DNA from: Bacteroidota bacterium
GTDB taxonomy: Bacteria > Bacteroidota > Ignavibacteria > SZUA-365
Length of the DNA stretch: 64,000 nt
Assembly (NCBI GenBank): GCA_003246455.1
Contig: QKAF01000015.1
Coordinates: forward strand, 1,193-65,192
Reading direction: 5' to 3'
The position numbers were made by a program, and so were the translations under genes. Shown here piece by piece: positions 30,800-40,407 of this stretch; position 1 is the stretch's first letter, and each line of letters starts with the position of its first letter. Under the pieces are notes generated by a model. That model ran no database searches and was not told where the DNA came from. It was given only the letters and a program-made list of their open reading frames with translations.

Positions 30800-32068
30800 T
30801 TATTCCTCTTCAGCAAACGCCTTCTTCATTTCGACGACGATATCGTTGATCTGCTCGATGCTGATGCCGGGGATCTTCGCCAGAAGATCGGACACCGGGG
30901 CGAGAATGATGTCGTTCGCCGTGTGATAGCCCGCGTTCACAAGCTTGTTGATGAGTTCTTCTCCGAATTCGGGGATGAACTCGTTCAGGTCGATCTCGTA
31001 TTCCGCCATGGTCTTGGTGATTTCCTCACCTTCCTTGACGATCTCGATGCGGAATCCGGTCAGCTCGGAAGCCAGGCGGATATTCTGTCCGTTGCGTCCG
31101 ATCGCGAGCGACGCCTGTTCGGTATCCACGTGCACCTTCGCGGTACGCGTCGGACGGTCGATTTTCACCTCGATCAGCTTCGCCGGTGCGAGTGCGCGCT
31201 GGATGAACAGATGCGTATCGTCTGTCCAGTTGATCACATCGATGTTTTCATTGTTGAGTTCGCGAACGATCGCGTGGATGCGCACGCCTTTCATGCCGAC
31301 GCATGCGCCGACGGCGTCGATGCGGTCGTCATGCGATTCCACCGCGACCTTGGCACGTTCTCCCGGCTCGCGCGCGATCTTGCGAATGGAGATCACGCCA
31401 TCATAAATCTCGGGGATTTCCTGTTCGAAAAGCTTCTGGAGGAAAAGGGAGTCCGCACGGGAGACGATAACCATCGGCATCCCGCTGCCCTTCCGGACGA
31501 CTTCCTTGATCACGCAGCGGATCACATCACCCTTCCGATAGCGCTCCTTGGCGATCTGCTCCGACTTCGGAAGCAGAAGTTCCGTGCGGTTGTGGTTGAT
31601 GAGCACATCGTTGCGTCGCACCTGGTAGACGTCGCCCACAACGATATCGCCGACCTTGTCGGAATACTCGTCGTGAATGAGATCCTTCTCGATTTCCTTG
31701 ATCCGCTGATTCAGGTTCTGCTTCGCGGTGGAAACGAGGCGACGGCCGAATTCCGCCAGATCGATGATCTCGACGTATTCTTCGCCAACCTCGAGTTCCT
31801 CACCCGACTTATCCCGCGCCACGGTCAGTTCGACCTGCGTCGTGGGATCCTCGACCTCGTCGACCACCTCGCGGATGAGAAATATTTCAATATCGCCCTT
31901 GTCCATGTTCACGACGATCTCATAGTTGGCCTCGAGACCATACTTCTTCTTGACCATCATGCCAAAGATGTCCTCGATCACCGAGACCAGGCGATCGCGA
32001 TCGATGCCTTTCTCGCGCACCATCTGGCTGAACGATTCGACGATTTCATTGTTCATGCTGCGGCTCAT
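30800..32068 (-). CDS. nusA: Transcription termination/antitermination factor NusA
   Basis: S1, KH1 and KH2 domains plus C-terminal acidic repeats. Confidence 0.92.
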   Translation of the reverse strand: MSRSMNNEIVESFSQMVREKGIDRDRLVSVIEDIFGMMVKKKYGLEANYEIVVNMDKGDIEIFLIREVVDEVEDPTTQVELTVARDKSGEELEVGEEYVEIIDLAEFGRRLVSTAKQNLNQRIKEIEKDLIHDEYSDKVGDIVVGDVYQVRRNDVLINHNRTELLLPKSEQIAKERYRKGDVIRCVIKEVVRKGSGMPMVIVSRADSLFLQKLFEQEIPEIYDGVISIRKIAREPGERAKVAVESHDDRIDAVGACVGMKGVRIHAIVRELNNENIDVINWTDDTHLFIQRALAPAKLIEVKIDRPTRTAKVHVDTEQASLAIGRNGQNIRLASELTGFRIEIVKEGEEITKTMAEYEIDLNEFIPEFGEELINKLVNAGYHTANDIILAPVSDLLAKIPGISIEQINDIVVEMKKAFAEEE

Positions 32069-32118
32069 GATGCTCTCCTACCTTCAGCAGAGTGTATACG
32101 GTTCATTTATCAGTTATC

Positions 32119-32502
32119 CTACAGTATTGCCTGGATCATGGCATGCCGGATCCTCTCGAAGGGGACCGGCAATGCGCCTTCACCGAGGCTGACGAGCAGC
32201 TGCTCGTCGGTTGCTTCCAGAATTTTGCCGGTCACTTCACGCGTCTGATCTCCGTCGGCGACGGTCAGCGCGACGGTGCGCCCGAGATGACGGCGATACT
32301 GCCACGGGTGATGCAGCGGCCGATCGAGCCCGGGAGACGAGACAACGAGCTGATACGCGTCGGTAATCCAGTCGTTTTCATCGATCATGTCACCGATACT
32401 GCGGCTGAGCGCGGCAAGCGTGTCGGCGGTAATTCCGTCTTCCGTATCCGCAAAAACCTCGAGAATCCGGCGCCGTCCCTGCGGACGGAGTGCAAGCTCC
32501 AC
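32119..32502 (-). CDS. rimP: Ribosome maturation factor RimP (short form)
   Basis: YQLVVSSPGLDRPL motif. An in-frame stop four codons upstream of the ATG rules out a longer N-terminus. Confidence 0.75.
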   Translation of the reverse strand: MELALRPQGRRRILEVFADTEDGITADTLAALSRSIGDMIDENDWITDAYQLVVSSPGLDRPLHHPWQYRRHLGRTVALTVADGDQTREVTGKILEATDEQLLVSLGEGALPVPFERIRHAMIQAIL

Positions 32503-32733
32503 GAGATGCGCCCCGCCGGCTTCGACGAGCGCTTCAATATGCGATTTCAGGGACTCGATATGCTGTTTCTGCGATTCCGTATTTCAAACCGGCTTATAAT
32601 AAAAAATGCGGGATTGGCCCCACATTCAAGACTCATAAATATAGATTAAAAACTTCTCACTTGCAATTGTCCCGTGGTCTTTTTTCTTTTGGAATCTCGT
32701 ATTTTTACCCCTATCAGTTCGCAGATCACTCGA

Positions 32734-33189
32734 ATGAACGCAGACAAGGACAATGTCCGGCATATCCTCACCAACCGGCGCGCGCGGCATGAATACCTCG
32801 TGCTCGAGACGCTCGAGGTGGGGATCGCGCTGCGCGGCACGGAGGTGAAATCTGCGCGCGCGGGCAAAATCAATGTCCAGGATGCATACGCCGGCATCGA
32901 ATCGGGCGAGCTGTATCTCTTCAACATGCATATCAGCCCTTTCGACAAAGGCAATATCCACAACCACGACCCCATCCGCGTTCGGAAGCTGCTGGCGAAA
33001 AAGAAGGAAATCCGGAAACTGGAGCAGAAGGTGAACGAGAAAGGTCTCACCCTCATCCCCCTCCAGATCTACTTTCTGGGCCGGCACTTGAAGATCGAAC
33101 TCGGTGTGTGCAAGGGAAAAAAGACGTATGACAAACGTCACGCTCTCAAGGAGCGCGACACCAAACGTGAAATGGAACGACAACTGTGA
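32734..33189 (+). CDS. smpB: SsrA-binding protein SmpB
   Basis: [30 protein letters not shown]...; typical SmpB beginning at the internal Met of the longer ORF. Confidence 0.9.
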   Translation: MNADKDNVRHILTNRRARHEYLVLETLEVGIALRGTEVKSARAGKINVQDAYAGIESGELYLFNMHISPFDKGNIHNHDPIRVRKLLAKKKEIRKLEQKVNEKGLTLIPLQIYFLGRHLKIELGVCKGKKTYDKRHALKERDTKREMERQL

Positions 33190-34409
33190 GCAAGATGACT
33201 TTTCCTCCCCTGAACGAACAGATGGACCTCATCCGGCGCGGCGCGTCGGAAATTATCCCCGAAGAAGAACTGGTCAAGAAACTCGAGTATTCGATCGCGA
33301 ACGGGAAGCCGCTGAACATCAAACTCGGGTGCGATCCCAGCCGCCCCGATCTGCACCTCGGCCACTCCGTCGTCCTCCGCAAGCTGCGGCAGTTCCAGGA
33401 GCTCGGTCATCAGGCCATCCTGATCGTCGGTGATTTCACCGGAATGATCGGTGATCCGACCGGCAAGAACAAGACGCGTCCGTCGCTCACGCTTGAGGAC
33501 ACGCGGGAGAACGGCCGCTCGTATTTCGAACAGGCGTCGAAAATTCTCGATATCGACCGCGTCAACATTCGCTACAATTCGGACTGGCTGGCGCCCATGA
33601 CCTTCGAGGACGTGATCAAGCTTGCCGCGCGCTATACGGTGGCACGCATGCTGGAGCGCGACGAGTTCGAGAAGCGGTACAAAAACCAGGAAGCCATCAG
33701 CATTCATGAATTTCTCTACCCCCTCGCGCAGGCGATGGACAGCGTCGCCATCCGCTCGGATGTCGAACTCGGCGGCACGGACCAGAAATTCAACCTGCTG
33801 GTCGGCAGGGAAATTCAGCGGGAATACGGGCAGATTCCGCAGATCATCCTGACCATGCCCCTGCTCGAAGGGACGGACGGCGTCGAAAAAATGAGCAAGT
33901 CCCTCGACAACTACGTGGCGTTCAACGACACGCCGGAAGACATGTACGGCAAGACGCTTTCCATTCCCGACCAGATGATCCTCCCCTGGTTCCGCCTTGT
34001 GACAGACGTTCCCGCCGAGCGGATCGCCACGATCGATGCGGAGATGCAGCGCGGGCAGAATCCGCGGGATTTCAAGCGCGAACTCGCCCGGGCCATCGTT
34101 TCGGCGTATTATTCTCCGGAAGCCGCGGAACAGGCGGAAGGACATTTCGACCGGGTGATCAAAAACAAAATGGCTCCCGAGGAAATTGATGTGTTTGAGG
34201 TTCCGCGTAACAGTGATACATTGCTACTCGATGTGATTTTCGAAGCGGGCATGGTACAGTCCAAAGGTGAAGGCCGGCGGCTCATGCAGCAATCCGCTGT
34301 CAGCATCGGCGAAGAACGCATCACGGATCCGACGACTCCCGTCCCTTCCGATGACGAAACCGTGGTCAAGGTCGGCAAACGCCGATTCATCAAAATTGTA
34401 CGTATCTAA
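33186..34409 (+). CDS. tyrS: Tyrosine--tRNA ligase
   Basis: HIGH-region equivalent (LHLGHSV), KMSKS motif and a C-terminal S4-like domain. Start overlaps the smpB stop by 4 bp. Confidence 0.9.
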   Translation: MSKMTFPPLNEQMDLIRRGASEIIPEEELVKKLEYSIANGKPLNIKLGCDPSRPDLHLGHSVVLRKLRQFQELGHQAILIVGDFTGMIGDPTGKNKTRPSLTLEDTRENGRSYFEQASKILDIDRVNIRYNSDWLAPMTFEDVIKLAARYTVARMLERDEFEKRYKNQEAISIHEFLYPLAQAMDSVAIRSDVELGGTDQKFNLLVGREIQREYGQIPQIILTMPLLEGTDGVEKMSKSLDNYVAFNDTPEDMYGKTLSIPDQMILPWFRLVTDVPAERIATIDAEMQRGQNPRDFKRELARAIVSAYYSPEAAEQAEGHFDRVIKNKMAPEEIDVFEVPRNSDTLLLDVIFEAGMVQSKGEGRRLMQQSAVSIGEERITDPTTPVPSDDETVVKVGKRRFIKIVRI

Positions 34410-34451
34410 TTTTCCTTACTCACATCTCACCTGATTCCCGGAGGAGCAGCA

Positions 34452-34997
34452 TTGTTCGTACCCAAGAGGATCTATTTCACCAAAGGTGTCGGTCGCCACA
34501 AAGACTACCTGCAGTCGTTTGAGCTCGCGTTGCGCGATGCCGATTTGGAGCAGCAGAATCTCGTCACGGTTTCCAGCATCTTCCCCCCCAACTGCAAGAT
34601 CATCAGCAAGAACGTCGGCGCGAAGGTCCTGCAGCCTGGCCAGATCACGTTCGTGGTGATGGCGAGGAATGCGACGAACGAAGCCAACCGGCTGATCGCG
34701 GCAGGAATCGGCGCGGCGATTCCGAACGACGGCACGACGTACGGCTATCTCTCCGAACATCACCCCTTCGGTGAGACGCAGAAGGTCGCCGGCGAATACG
34801 CGGAAGATCTTGCCGCCACGATGCTCGCCACCACGCTTGGCGTGGATTTCGATCCCGACTCTGCCTGGGATGAGCGCGAACAGGTGTACAAGGCAAGCGG
34901 AAAAATCTTCAAGTCCTTCAATATCACCCAGTCGGCGGAAGGCCGGCTCGGACTCTGGACGACGGTCGTTTCCTGCGCGGTGCTTCTGCCCGAATGA
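34452..34997 (+). CDS. pdaD: Pyruvoyl-dependent arginine decarboxylase (PdaD)
   Basis: The VSSIFPP self-cleavage Ser-Ser site and overall similarity to archaeal/chlamydial PdaD. Confidence 0.75.
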   Translation: MFVPKRIYFTKGVGRHKDYLQSFELALRDADLEQQNLVTVSSIFPPNCKIISKNVGAKVLQPGQITFVVMARNATNEANRLIAAGIGAAIPNDGTTYGYLSEHHPFGETQKVAGEYAEDLAATMLATTLGVDFDPDSAWDEREQVYKASGKIFKSFNITQSAEGRLGLWTTVVSCAVLLPE

Positions 34998-35032
34998 CGG
35001 CCGAAAGACCGGTCTTCAACGCCCCGGATATG

Positions 35033-35067
35033 AAAAAGGCTGCTCCCCATGGAGCAGCCTTTTTTTC
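35033..35067. terminator. Bidirectional rho-independent terminator between pdaD (+) and the thioesterase gene (-)
   Basis: aaaaaGGCTGCTCC-ccat-GGAGCAGCCttttttt: a perfect 9-bp GC stem flanked by A- and T-tracts. Confidence 0.85.
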
Positions 35068-35099
35068 ATACTGTATTCGCCCTTCCTCCGCCGTATTCC

Positions 35100-35552
35100 T
35101 CACGACTCGATAAATTCCACGTTCTCCCCTTCAAAGCTGCGAATGCTCGCACGCAGATGCTCCGGCACCCGGGCCGGGAGATCCGTATTAATGTCGACGT
35201 GCACGAAGACGTGTTCCGCCCGCGCCGCGGGAGTCCCGTTTTCCTTGAGGGCCACGTGCTCGAAGCAGATGCTCGATTTCTTCACGTAGGCGATGCGCGT
35301 GAGAATGGTGAGCTGTTCGTCGAATACCGCGGGAGCGTAGTAATCGCAGGTGTTCCGGACGATGAAGAATTTATCGTGCGTGACGAAGATTCCGTCATCC
35401 ACCGGGAAACCCATGGTGCGGATGTACTCGAATCGCGCTTCCTCGAAAAAGTAGAAGTACCGCAGGCTGTGCACCACGTTGAGACGGTCGACATGATGGA
35501 AGCGGACACGGCACGGATGACGGTGGCGATATTTTTCGGGATTGAATTCCAT
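35100..35552 (-). CDS. Acyl-CoA thioesterase, hotdog fold (4HBT/YbgC-like)
   Basis: 150 aa; HPCRVRFHHVDRLNVVHSLRYFYFFEEAR... hotdog-fold pattern. Confidence 0.65.
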   Translation of the reverse strand: MEFNPEKYRHRHPCRVRFHHVDRLNVVHSLRYFYFFEEARFEYIRTMGFPVDDGIFVTHDKFFIVRNTCDYYAPAVFDEQLTILTRIAYVKKSSICFEHVALKENGTPAARAEHVFVHVDINTDLPARVPEHLRASIRSFEGENVEFIES

Positions 35553-35554
35553 GG

Positions 35555-36592
35555 TCAGGCGAATAATGTGGTGAAAATCGTGATGGCGCGATCGAGCGCG
35601 TGGTCGTCGAGATCGAGATGAAACACGGCGCGCAGCATGTCGCCCATCCCCATTCCGATCTCGATTCCCGCTTCGTGCAGACGCGCCTGCGCTTCCGTGG
35701 CGCGGATGTCAGAGGTGCTGAAGTCCAGCAGGACCATGTTGGTCTGCACGCGCTCCCTGTCGATGCGGAAAGCGCTGCTTGCGGAAAGCGCTTCGGCAAA
35801 CTGCCGGGCCCTGCGGTGGTCATTTGTCAGCAGCGGCAGGTGATGTTCCACCGCATGGAGCGCCGCGGCGGCGAGCATGCCGGCCTGACGCATACCGCCG
35901 CCATAGATTTTCCTGTACTTGTGCGCGCGCGTAATCAGATCCTGCGGCCCGAGCAGCATCGACCCGACCGGCGCGCCAAGGCCCTTCGAAAAACAGATCG
36001 AGATGGATTCGACCGCTGCGCCGTACTCTGAGAACGGCGTTCCCGTGGCGATGTGCGCGTTCCAGATGCGCGCACCATCGAGATGCAGCGGGATTGCATT
36101 TTCACGGCAGAAGGCATGAAGCGAGTGCATTGCGTCAATTGGATGGAGGGTTCCTCCCATCCGGTTGTGCGTGTTTTCGATGCACACCAGCGCCGTCCGC
36201 GGATAGTAATACGCATCGGGCCGGATCGCAGCCGCAACGCCTTCGGAAGCGAGCATCCCCTGCTCGCCCGCGACAGGATGGAGCTGCACGGCGGACATCA
36301 TCGACGGGGCGGCGGTTTCGTAATTGAAGATATGGGACTCTTTTTCAACGATCACTTCGTCGCCCGGCGATGTCCACGCCTTGATTGCCAGCTGGTTGCT
36401 CATGACACCGGTCGGCACGAAGAGGCCAGCCTCCTTGCCGAACAATTCGGCCATTTCATTCTGCAGCCGGTTTACGGTCGGATCCTCGCCGTAGACGTCG
36501 TCACCGAGGGGAGCATCGCACATGGCGCGTTTCATCGCCGCCGACGGCAGCGTGACAGTGTCGCTTCGCAGGTCGATCATGTGGTATTTCAT
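35555..36592 (-). CDS. ltaE: Low-specificity L-threonine aldolase
   Basis: IDLRSDTVTLPSAAM...GDDVYGEDPTVNRLQ... is the conserved N-terminus of the PLP-dependent threonine aldolase (beta-eliminating lyase family). Confidence 0.85.
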   Translation of the reverse strand: MKYHMIDLRSDTVTLPSAAMKRAMCDAPLGDDVYGEDPTVNRLQNEMAELFGKEAGLFVPTGVMSNQLAIKAWTSPGDEVIVEKESHIFNYETAAPSMMSAVQLHPVAGEQGMLASEGVAAAIRPDAYYYPRTALVCIENTHNRMGGTLHPIDAMHSLHAFCRENAIPLHLDGARIWNAHIATGTPFSEYGAAVESISICFSKGLGAPVGSMLLGPQDLITRAHKYRKIYGGGMRQAGMLAAAALHAVEHHLPLLTNDHRRARQFAEALSASSAFRIDRERVQTNMVLLDFSTSDIRATEAQARLHEAGIEIGMGMGDMLRAVFHLDLDDHALDRAITIFTTLFA

Positions 36593-38247
36593 TTTTTATA
36601 GTACACGGATATGAAGGCGAAGAGGAAAAAGAAACCCGTGACGACGGTCAGGCCCAGGGGCAGCCAGTCGCCGTGTCGCGTATAGAATGTTCGGTCGGTT
36701 CGGAGCGGCAGATCGGCGATGATGCCGGTCCGCGTGTAAAGATCCGTCTTGTCGGATATGCGTCCGTACGGATCGATGAAACAGCTGATGCCGTTGTTCG
36801 CGCACCGGGCCACCGCGCGGCGATTCTCGATCGCCCGGAGCACGGTGTACTGCATGAGCTGGTAGGGTCCCGAGGATTTTCCGAACCATCCGTCGTTGGT
36901 GATTACTCCGAACACCTCGGCACCGCGATCCGCAAATCCCGCGACGAAGGATGGATACAGCGTTTCATAACAGATCATCGCCCAGATTCCCGTTGTCCCC
37001 GAAGCGGTGCGAAGCGAAAAAACCGCGGTGTCGCTGCCCTGTCCCCAGTTGCTTATGCCGACGCCCCAGCTCAGCGCGTTCTGCAGAAACGGAAGTGCGT
37101 CGAGGTACGGGATGCGCTCGCTCAGCGGTGTCAGCCGCGCCTTGTGATACACCTGCGGCTGGCGGTCGCCTGGCTCAAGCAGCAGCGCGGAATTAAAATC
37201 GTGATAGCGGAGATCGGAGTCGGGAATCCTGCGGGCACTCCCCGGAGCGGTCTCCGGATTGTCGTAGAAAACGGTATGCGGGAATCCGCTCAGCAGGGGC
37301 ACGCCGACACTGTCGATATGCCGGCGCAGCCAGCTGTACTCCTCGTAATAGGTAGCCTGAAGAAGGCGAAACGGTATGGCGGTTTCGGGCAGCAGAGCGA
37401 CGTCGGGATGGAATGAGGCCAGCGAATCGTAGATCGACAGCAGGTTCCGCAGTTTCACCATCGGCGTCTCGCCATCTCCCCACTTGTCATAGGGATTGAT
37501 ATCCGGCTGTATGACAGCGATCCGGATCGCGGATTCGGCCGACGGTTTCTCATCGAGGACGATCGCACCGTGGATGCGCGGGAGGACGAGAAGGAGCAGC
37601 AGCACGGCGAGCGCCATGACGGGCCGCCGCTGCGGGAGGCGCCACTGCCCGCCCAGCCAGCGGCGAAGCAGGTGGAACAGCAGCGCATTCACCGTGACGA
37701 TCCAGAACGTGGCTCCGAAAGCCCCTGTCCATGAAATGAACTGGATGCTCTGAATATCGTACGTCTGCGTGTTTGCGAGCAGCAGCCATGGAAACGACAG
37801 CTCCGGCAGATGCAGCAGCCATTCCCAAGCGGTCCAGAGCGCGGGCAGCGCGACGATGCTGAAGAGCTGACCCATGCGGCGCCGCAGGAACATGTATCCC
37901 AGGGCGGGAAGCGCGAATCCTATCGGAAGAATCAGGTTGACGAGCACGCCCGCGACCTTCAGCCACGGATCCTCGCCCCACCAGCCGCTGATCCACCATA
38001 GAGTTCCCGCACTTGCGATCAGGAACGTGACGTAGCTCCAGCGGAAAACCGACCTCCAGTCCGGAAGGTCCTCGAGCAGAAACAGGAACGGGACGAGTGC
38101 AGCAAACGCGGTCACGCCGCTGGGTACGGGCGGGAAGCCGAGAGCAAAAAGCAGCCCGGAGCTCGCGGCCAATGCCGTGCGGCTGCCCGTGCTGCGGCCG
38201 GTACCGTCGCCCTGCGTCGATGAATCTGTTCGCGTGATTATCTTCAT
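36589..38247 (-). CDS. lnt: Apolipoprotein N-acyltransferase
   Basis: Multi-TM N-terminal domain plus a C-terminal CN-hydrolase domain (IAVIQPDINPYDKW...E...K...C triad region). The internal Met start abuts the PAP2 gene. Confidence 0.85.
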   Translation of the reverse strand: MKIITRTDSSTQGDGTGRSTGSRTALAASSGLLFALGFPPVPSGVTAFAALVPFLFLLEDLPDWRSVFRWSYVTFLIASAGTLWWISGWWGEDPWLKVAGVLVNLILPIGFALPALGYMFLRRRMGQLFSIVALPALWTAWEWLLHLPELSFPWLLLANTQTYDIQSIQFISWTGAFGATFWIVTVNALLFHLLRRWLGGQWRLPQRRPVMALAVLLLLLVLPRIHGAIVLDEKPSAESAIRIAVIQPDINPYDKWGDGETPMVKLRNLLSIYDSLASFHPDVALLPETAIPFRLLQATYYEEYSWLRRHIDSVGVPLLSGFPHTVFYDNPETAPGSARRIPDSDLRYHDFNSALLLEPGDRQPQVYHKARLTPLSERIPYLDALPFLQNALSWGVGISNWGQGSDTAVFSLRTASGTTGIWAMICYETLYPSFVAGFADRGAEVFGVITNDGWFGKSSGPYQLMQYTVLRAIENRRAVARCANNGISCFIDPYGRISDKTDLYTRTGIIADLPLRTDRTFYTRHGDWLPLGLTVVTGFFFLFAFISVYYKK

Positions 38248-38828
38248 GCCTCCGCTTCTCCATGCATGGATTTTCCGTTCCTGCCCTTCCACAGTTTCAT
38301 TCCCTGCTCGTACAGGAAGATCACGGCAAGCGCGACAAGACTTCCGAGGACCGCGCCGCCGAGGATGTCGGAGGGATAGTGGACACCGACATACACCCGT
38401 GAAAACGCGACCAGAGCCGCCCAGGTCATGAGGTAGTATCGGGCCCGGGGATAAAAATGGCTGACGAGCACCGCCATCGCAAAGTTGTTCGTCGCGTGGG
38501 AACTCGTGAACGATTTCCCGCCTCCGCAGCCGACCAGCAGCCGCACGTGCTCAAGCACGTGACAGGGCCGCAGACGATCGAACAGGGGCTTGACGAGAAA
38601 ACTGCTGATCTGGTCACTGAACACGATAGTCAGCAGAAGCAGTGCGACCGTGATGACTCCCCGCTTTTTTCCGAACCACATCAATGCGATCAGCGCCACC
38701 GCGTAGATGACGTAGAAGTTCTTGATCTCTGTTATGAAAACGAAAAACCAGTCACCGACAGGATTTGCAAGCGCTTCGTTTCCCCATCGAAAGAACATGA
38801 GATCGATACTGTAAAGCCATTCAGCCAA
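38244..38828 (-). CDS. PAP2-family phosphatase (undecaprenyl-diphosphatase-like)
   Basis: PAP2 motifs KxxxxxxRP (KPLFDRLRP), SFTSSHA and SRVYVGVHYPSD. Confidence 0.85.
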   Translation of the reverse strand: MAEWLYSIDLMFFRWGNEALANPVGDWFFVFITEIKNFYVIYAVALIALMWFGKKRGVITVALLLLTIVFSDQISSFLVKPLFDRLRPCHVLEHVRLLVGCGGGKSFTSSHATNNFAMAVLVSHFYPRARYYLMTWAALVAFSRVYVGVHYPSDILGGAVLGSLVALAVIFLYEQGMKLWKGRNGKSMHGEAEA

Positions 38829-38847
38829 ATCTGTTCCTGCGCCTGTA

Positions 38848-39471
38848 TTAGTCCTGAATATCGCGGTTCGACCGGCGCTTCAAATACCATGCCCTGCCGG
38901 CCCACACAAGGATCGCAAGGGTGATGACGATCGTCACGATCTTGCTGTACGACGAGAGATACTCCCCGATGTCACGCCAGTTGTCCCCGACGAGGTAACC
39001 GAGATAGAGGAGAATGCTGTTCCACACCAGGGCGCTTACCGCCGAGAGGACGGTTGTCACTGCCAGGTTCATCTCCGCGATACCGGTCACGAAGCTGATT
39101 ACCGCGCGGGTTCCGGCCAGAAAGCGGTTGCCGATCACCACCCAGTACCCGTATCGGCGGAACCACGCTTCGACCTTATGGACCAGGTCGATGGAAATGA
39201 AGGGCAGTTTCCCCGTCTCGAGCACCCGGTCGCCGAACTGATCGCCGATCCAGTACATACTCATGAAACCGAGCGTGCTGCCCGCTGTTGCAAGGAACAG
39301 GGTGAATATGACGCTTCCGGTTCCGATGGCAACGAGAGAACCGGCAAACACGACGATGACGTCGCTCGGGAAAGGCGGGAAGATATTCTCGATGTAGGCG
39401 ATCGCAAATATCGCGACGTAGATCCAGAGGATGTCAACCTGCGAGAGATATGCGATGGTTTGTTCGAGCAT
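38848..39471 (-). CDS. dedA: DedA/SNARE-associated family membrane protein
   Basis: Conserved DedA N-terminal block IENIFPPFPSDVIVVFAGSL... and the C-terminal re-entrant loop region. Confidence 0.85.
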   Translation of the reverse strand: MLEQTIAYLSQVDILWIYVAIFAIAYIENIFPPFPSDVIVVFAGSLVAIGTGSVIFTLFLATAGSTLGFMSMYWIGDQFGDRVLETGKLPFISIDLVHKVEAWFRRYGYWVVIGNRFLAGTRAVISFVTGIAEMNLAVTTVLSAVSALVWNSILLYLGYLVGDNWRDIGEYLSSYSKIVTIVITLAILVWAGRAWYLKRRSNRDIQD

Positions 39472-39480
39472 CTGGCGGGT

Positions 39481-39969
39481 TCAGTCTTTCTTCGTAATCA
39501 GCACCGCGGCATGTGCTTCCACGCCTTCTCCCCTGCCCACGAAGCCCATTTTCTCCGCCGTAGTCGCCTTGATCGAAATGGCACCGAATTCCAGGCCGAC
39601 AGCCTCCGCGATTCGTTTTCTCATTTCCGGTTTGAACGGAAGGATTTTCGGCCGCTCGAGGATAAGCGTTGCATCGATATTGACCGGGGCATAGCCGCTC
39701 TCGTCGATGAGGGCAATACATTTTCCAAGCAGGTCGAGACTCGAAACGCCGCGATATTCCGGATTCGTGTCGGGAAAATGTTCCCCGATATCTCCCAGCG
39801 CCGCAGCGCCCAGCAGCGCATCGCATATGGCGTGCAGGAGAACGTCACCATCCGAGTGTGCCACGGTGCCGAAATCCTCGGTAATCGTCACTCCGCCGAG
39901 GACGAGGGTTTCCCCGTCTGCCAGCTGGTGGACGTCGTACCCGAGACCTATTCTGAACTGCGTGCTCAT
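39481..39969 (-). CDS. ispF: 2-C-methyl-D-erythritol 2,4-cyclodiphosphate synthase
   Basis: FRIGLGYDVHQL...HSDGDVLLHAICDALLGAAALGDIGEHFPDT; canonical IspF. Confidence 0.92.
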   Translation of the reverse strand: MSTQFRIGLGYDVHQLADGETLVLGGVTITEDFGTVAHSDGDVLLHAICDALLGAAALGDIGEHFPDTNPEYRGVSSLDLLGKCIALIDESGYAPVNIDATLILERPKILPFKPEMRKRIAEAVGLEFGAISIKATTAEKMGFVGRGEGVEAHAAVLITKKD

Positions 39970-40241
39970 ATGCTCCGGATGTCAAAACTGTCATACATTT
40001 CCGTGTCGTCCTGCCAGTCCAGCCTGATATCGGACACATGCGCGGATCGGGGTCCGATGCGCAGTGCGCCGAGAAAGACATCGAGCATCCCTTCCTTCGC
40101 CTGCGCGACGACTTCCACCTCTCCCGTGTACAGATTGCGCACGAAGCCGCGAACGCCGAGTTCGCGCGCCTTCTGCATGGCGAAGTAGCGGAAGCCCACT
40201 CCCTGCACCAGTCCTGATATGACGACATGCATGGTCTTCAT
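39966..40241 (-). CDS. acyP: Acylphosphatase
   Basis: VISGLVQGVGFRYF...GFVRN motif. Start taken at the internal Met (MKTMHVV). Confidence 0.8.
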   Translation of the reverse strand: MKTMHVVISGLVQGVGFRYFAMQKARELGVRGFVRNLYTGEVEVVAQAKEGMLDVFLGALRIGPRSAHVSDIRLDWQDDTEMYDSFDIRSI

Positions 40242-40407
40242 GGGACGGTGGCAAAATACAGTCCCGACGAGTAAGGACAAAACGTCTTCGGCCTGTTGGC
40301 GCGCAGGTGATTCGCCATGTTCTCGAAGGCAGAAATCTCCGAACGGGTTTCAGAACTCGACGTCGCTGTCTATCTTACGGTTTGCACGATCATTGACAAA
40401 GCAGCTC

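Noticed and set aside
27587-32248. 1553-aa plus-strand ORF running antisense to infB and nusA
   Set aside because: This is a GC3-bias artefact. The opposite strand encodes unmistakable IF-2 and NusA, and the ORF's translation is low-complexity and Arg/Asp-rich with no domain.
32119-32502. rimP appearing 5'-truncated (127 aa), raising the possibility of a pseudogene or frameshift
   Set aside because: An in-frame stop lies four codons upstream, the conserved SSPGLDRPL core is intact, and the remaining N-terminus aligns with the RimP N-domain. It is most likely a genuinely short form.
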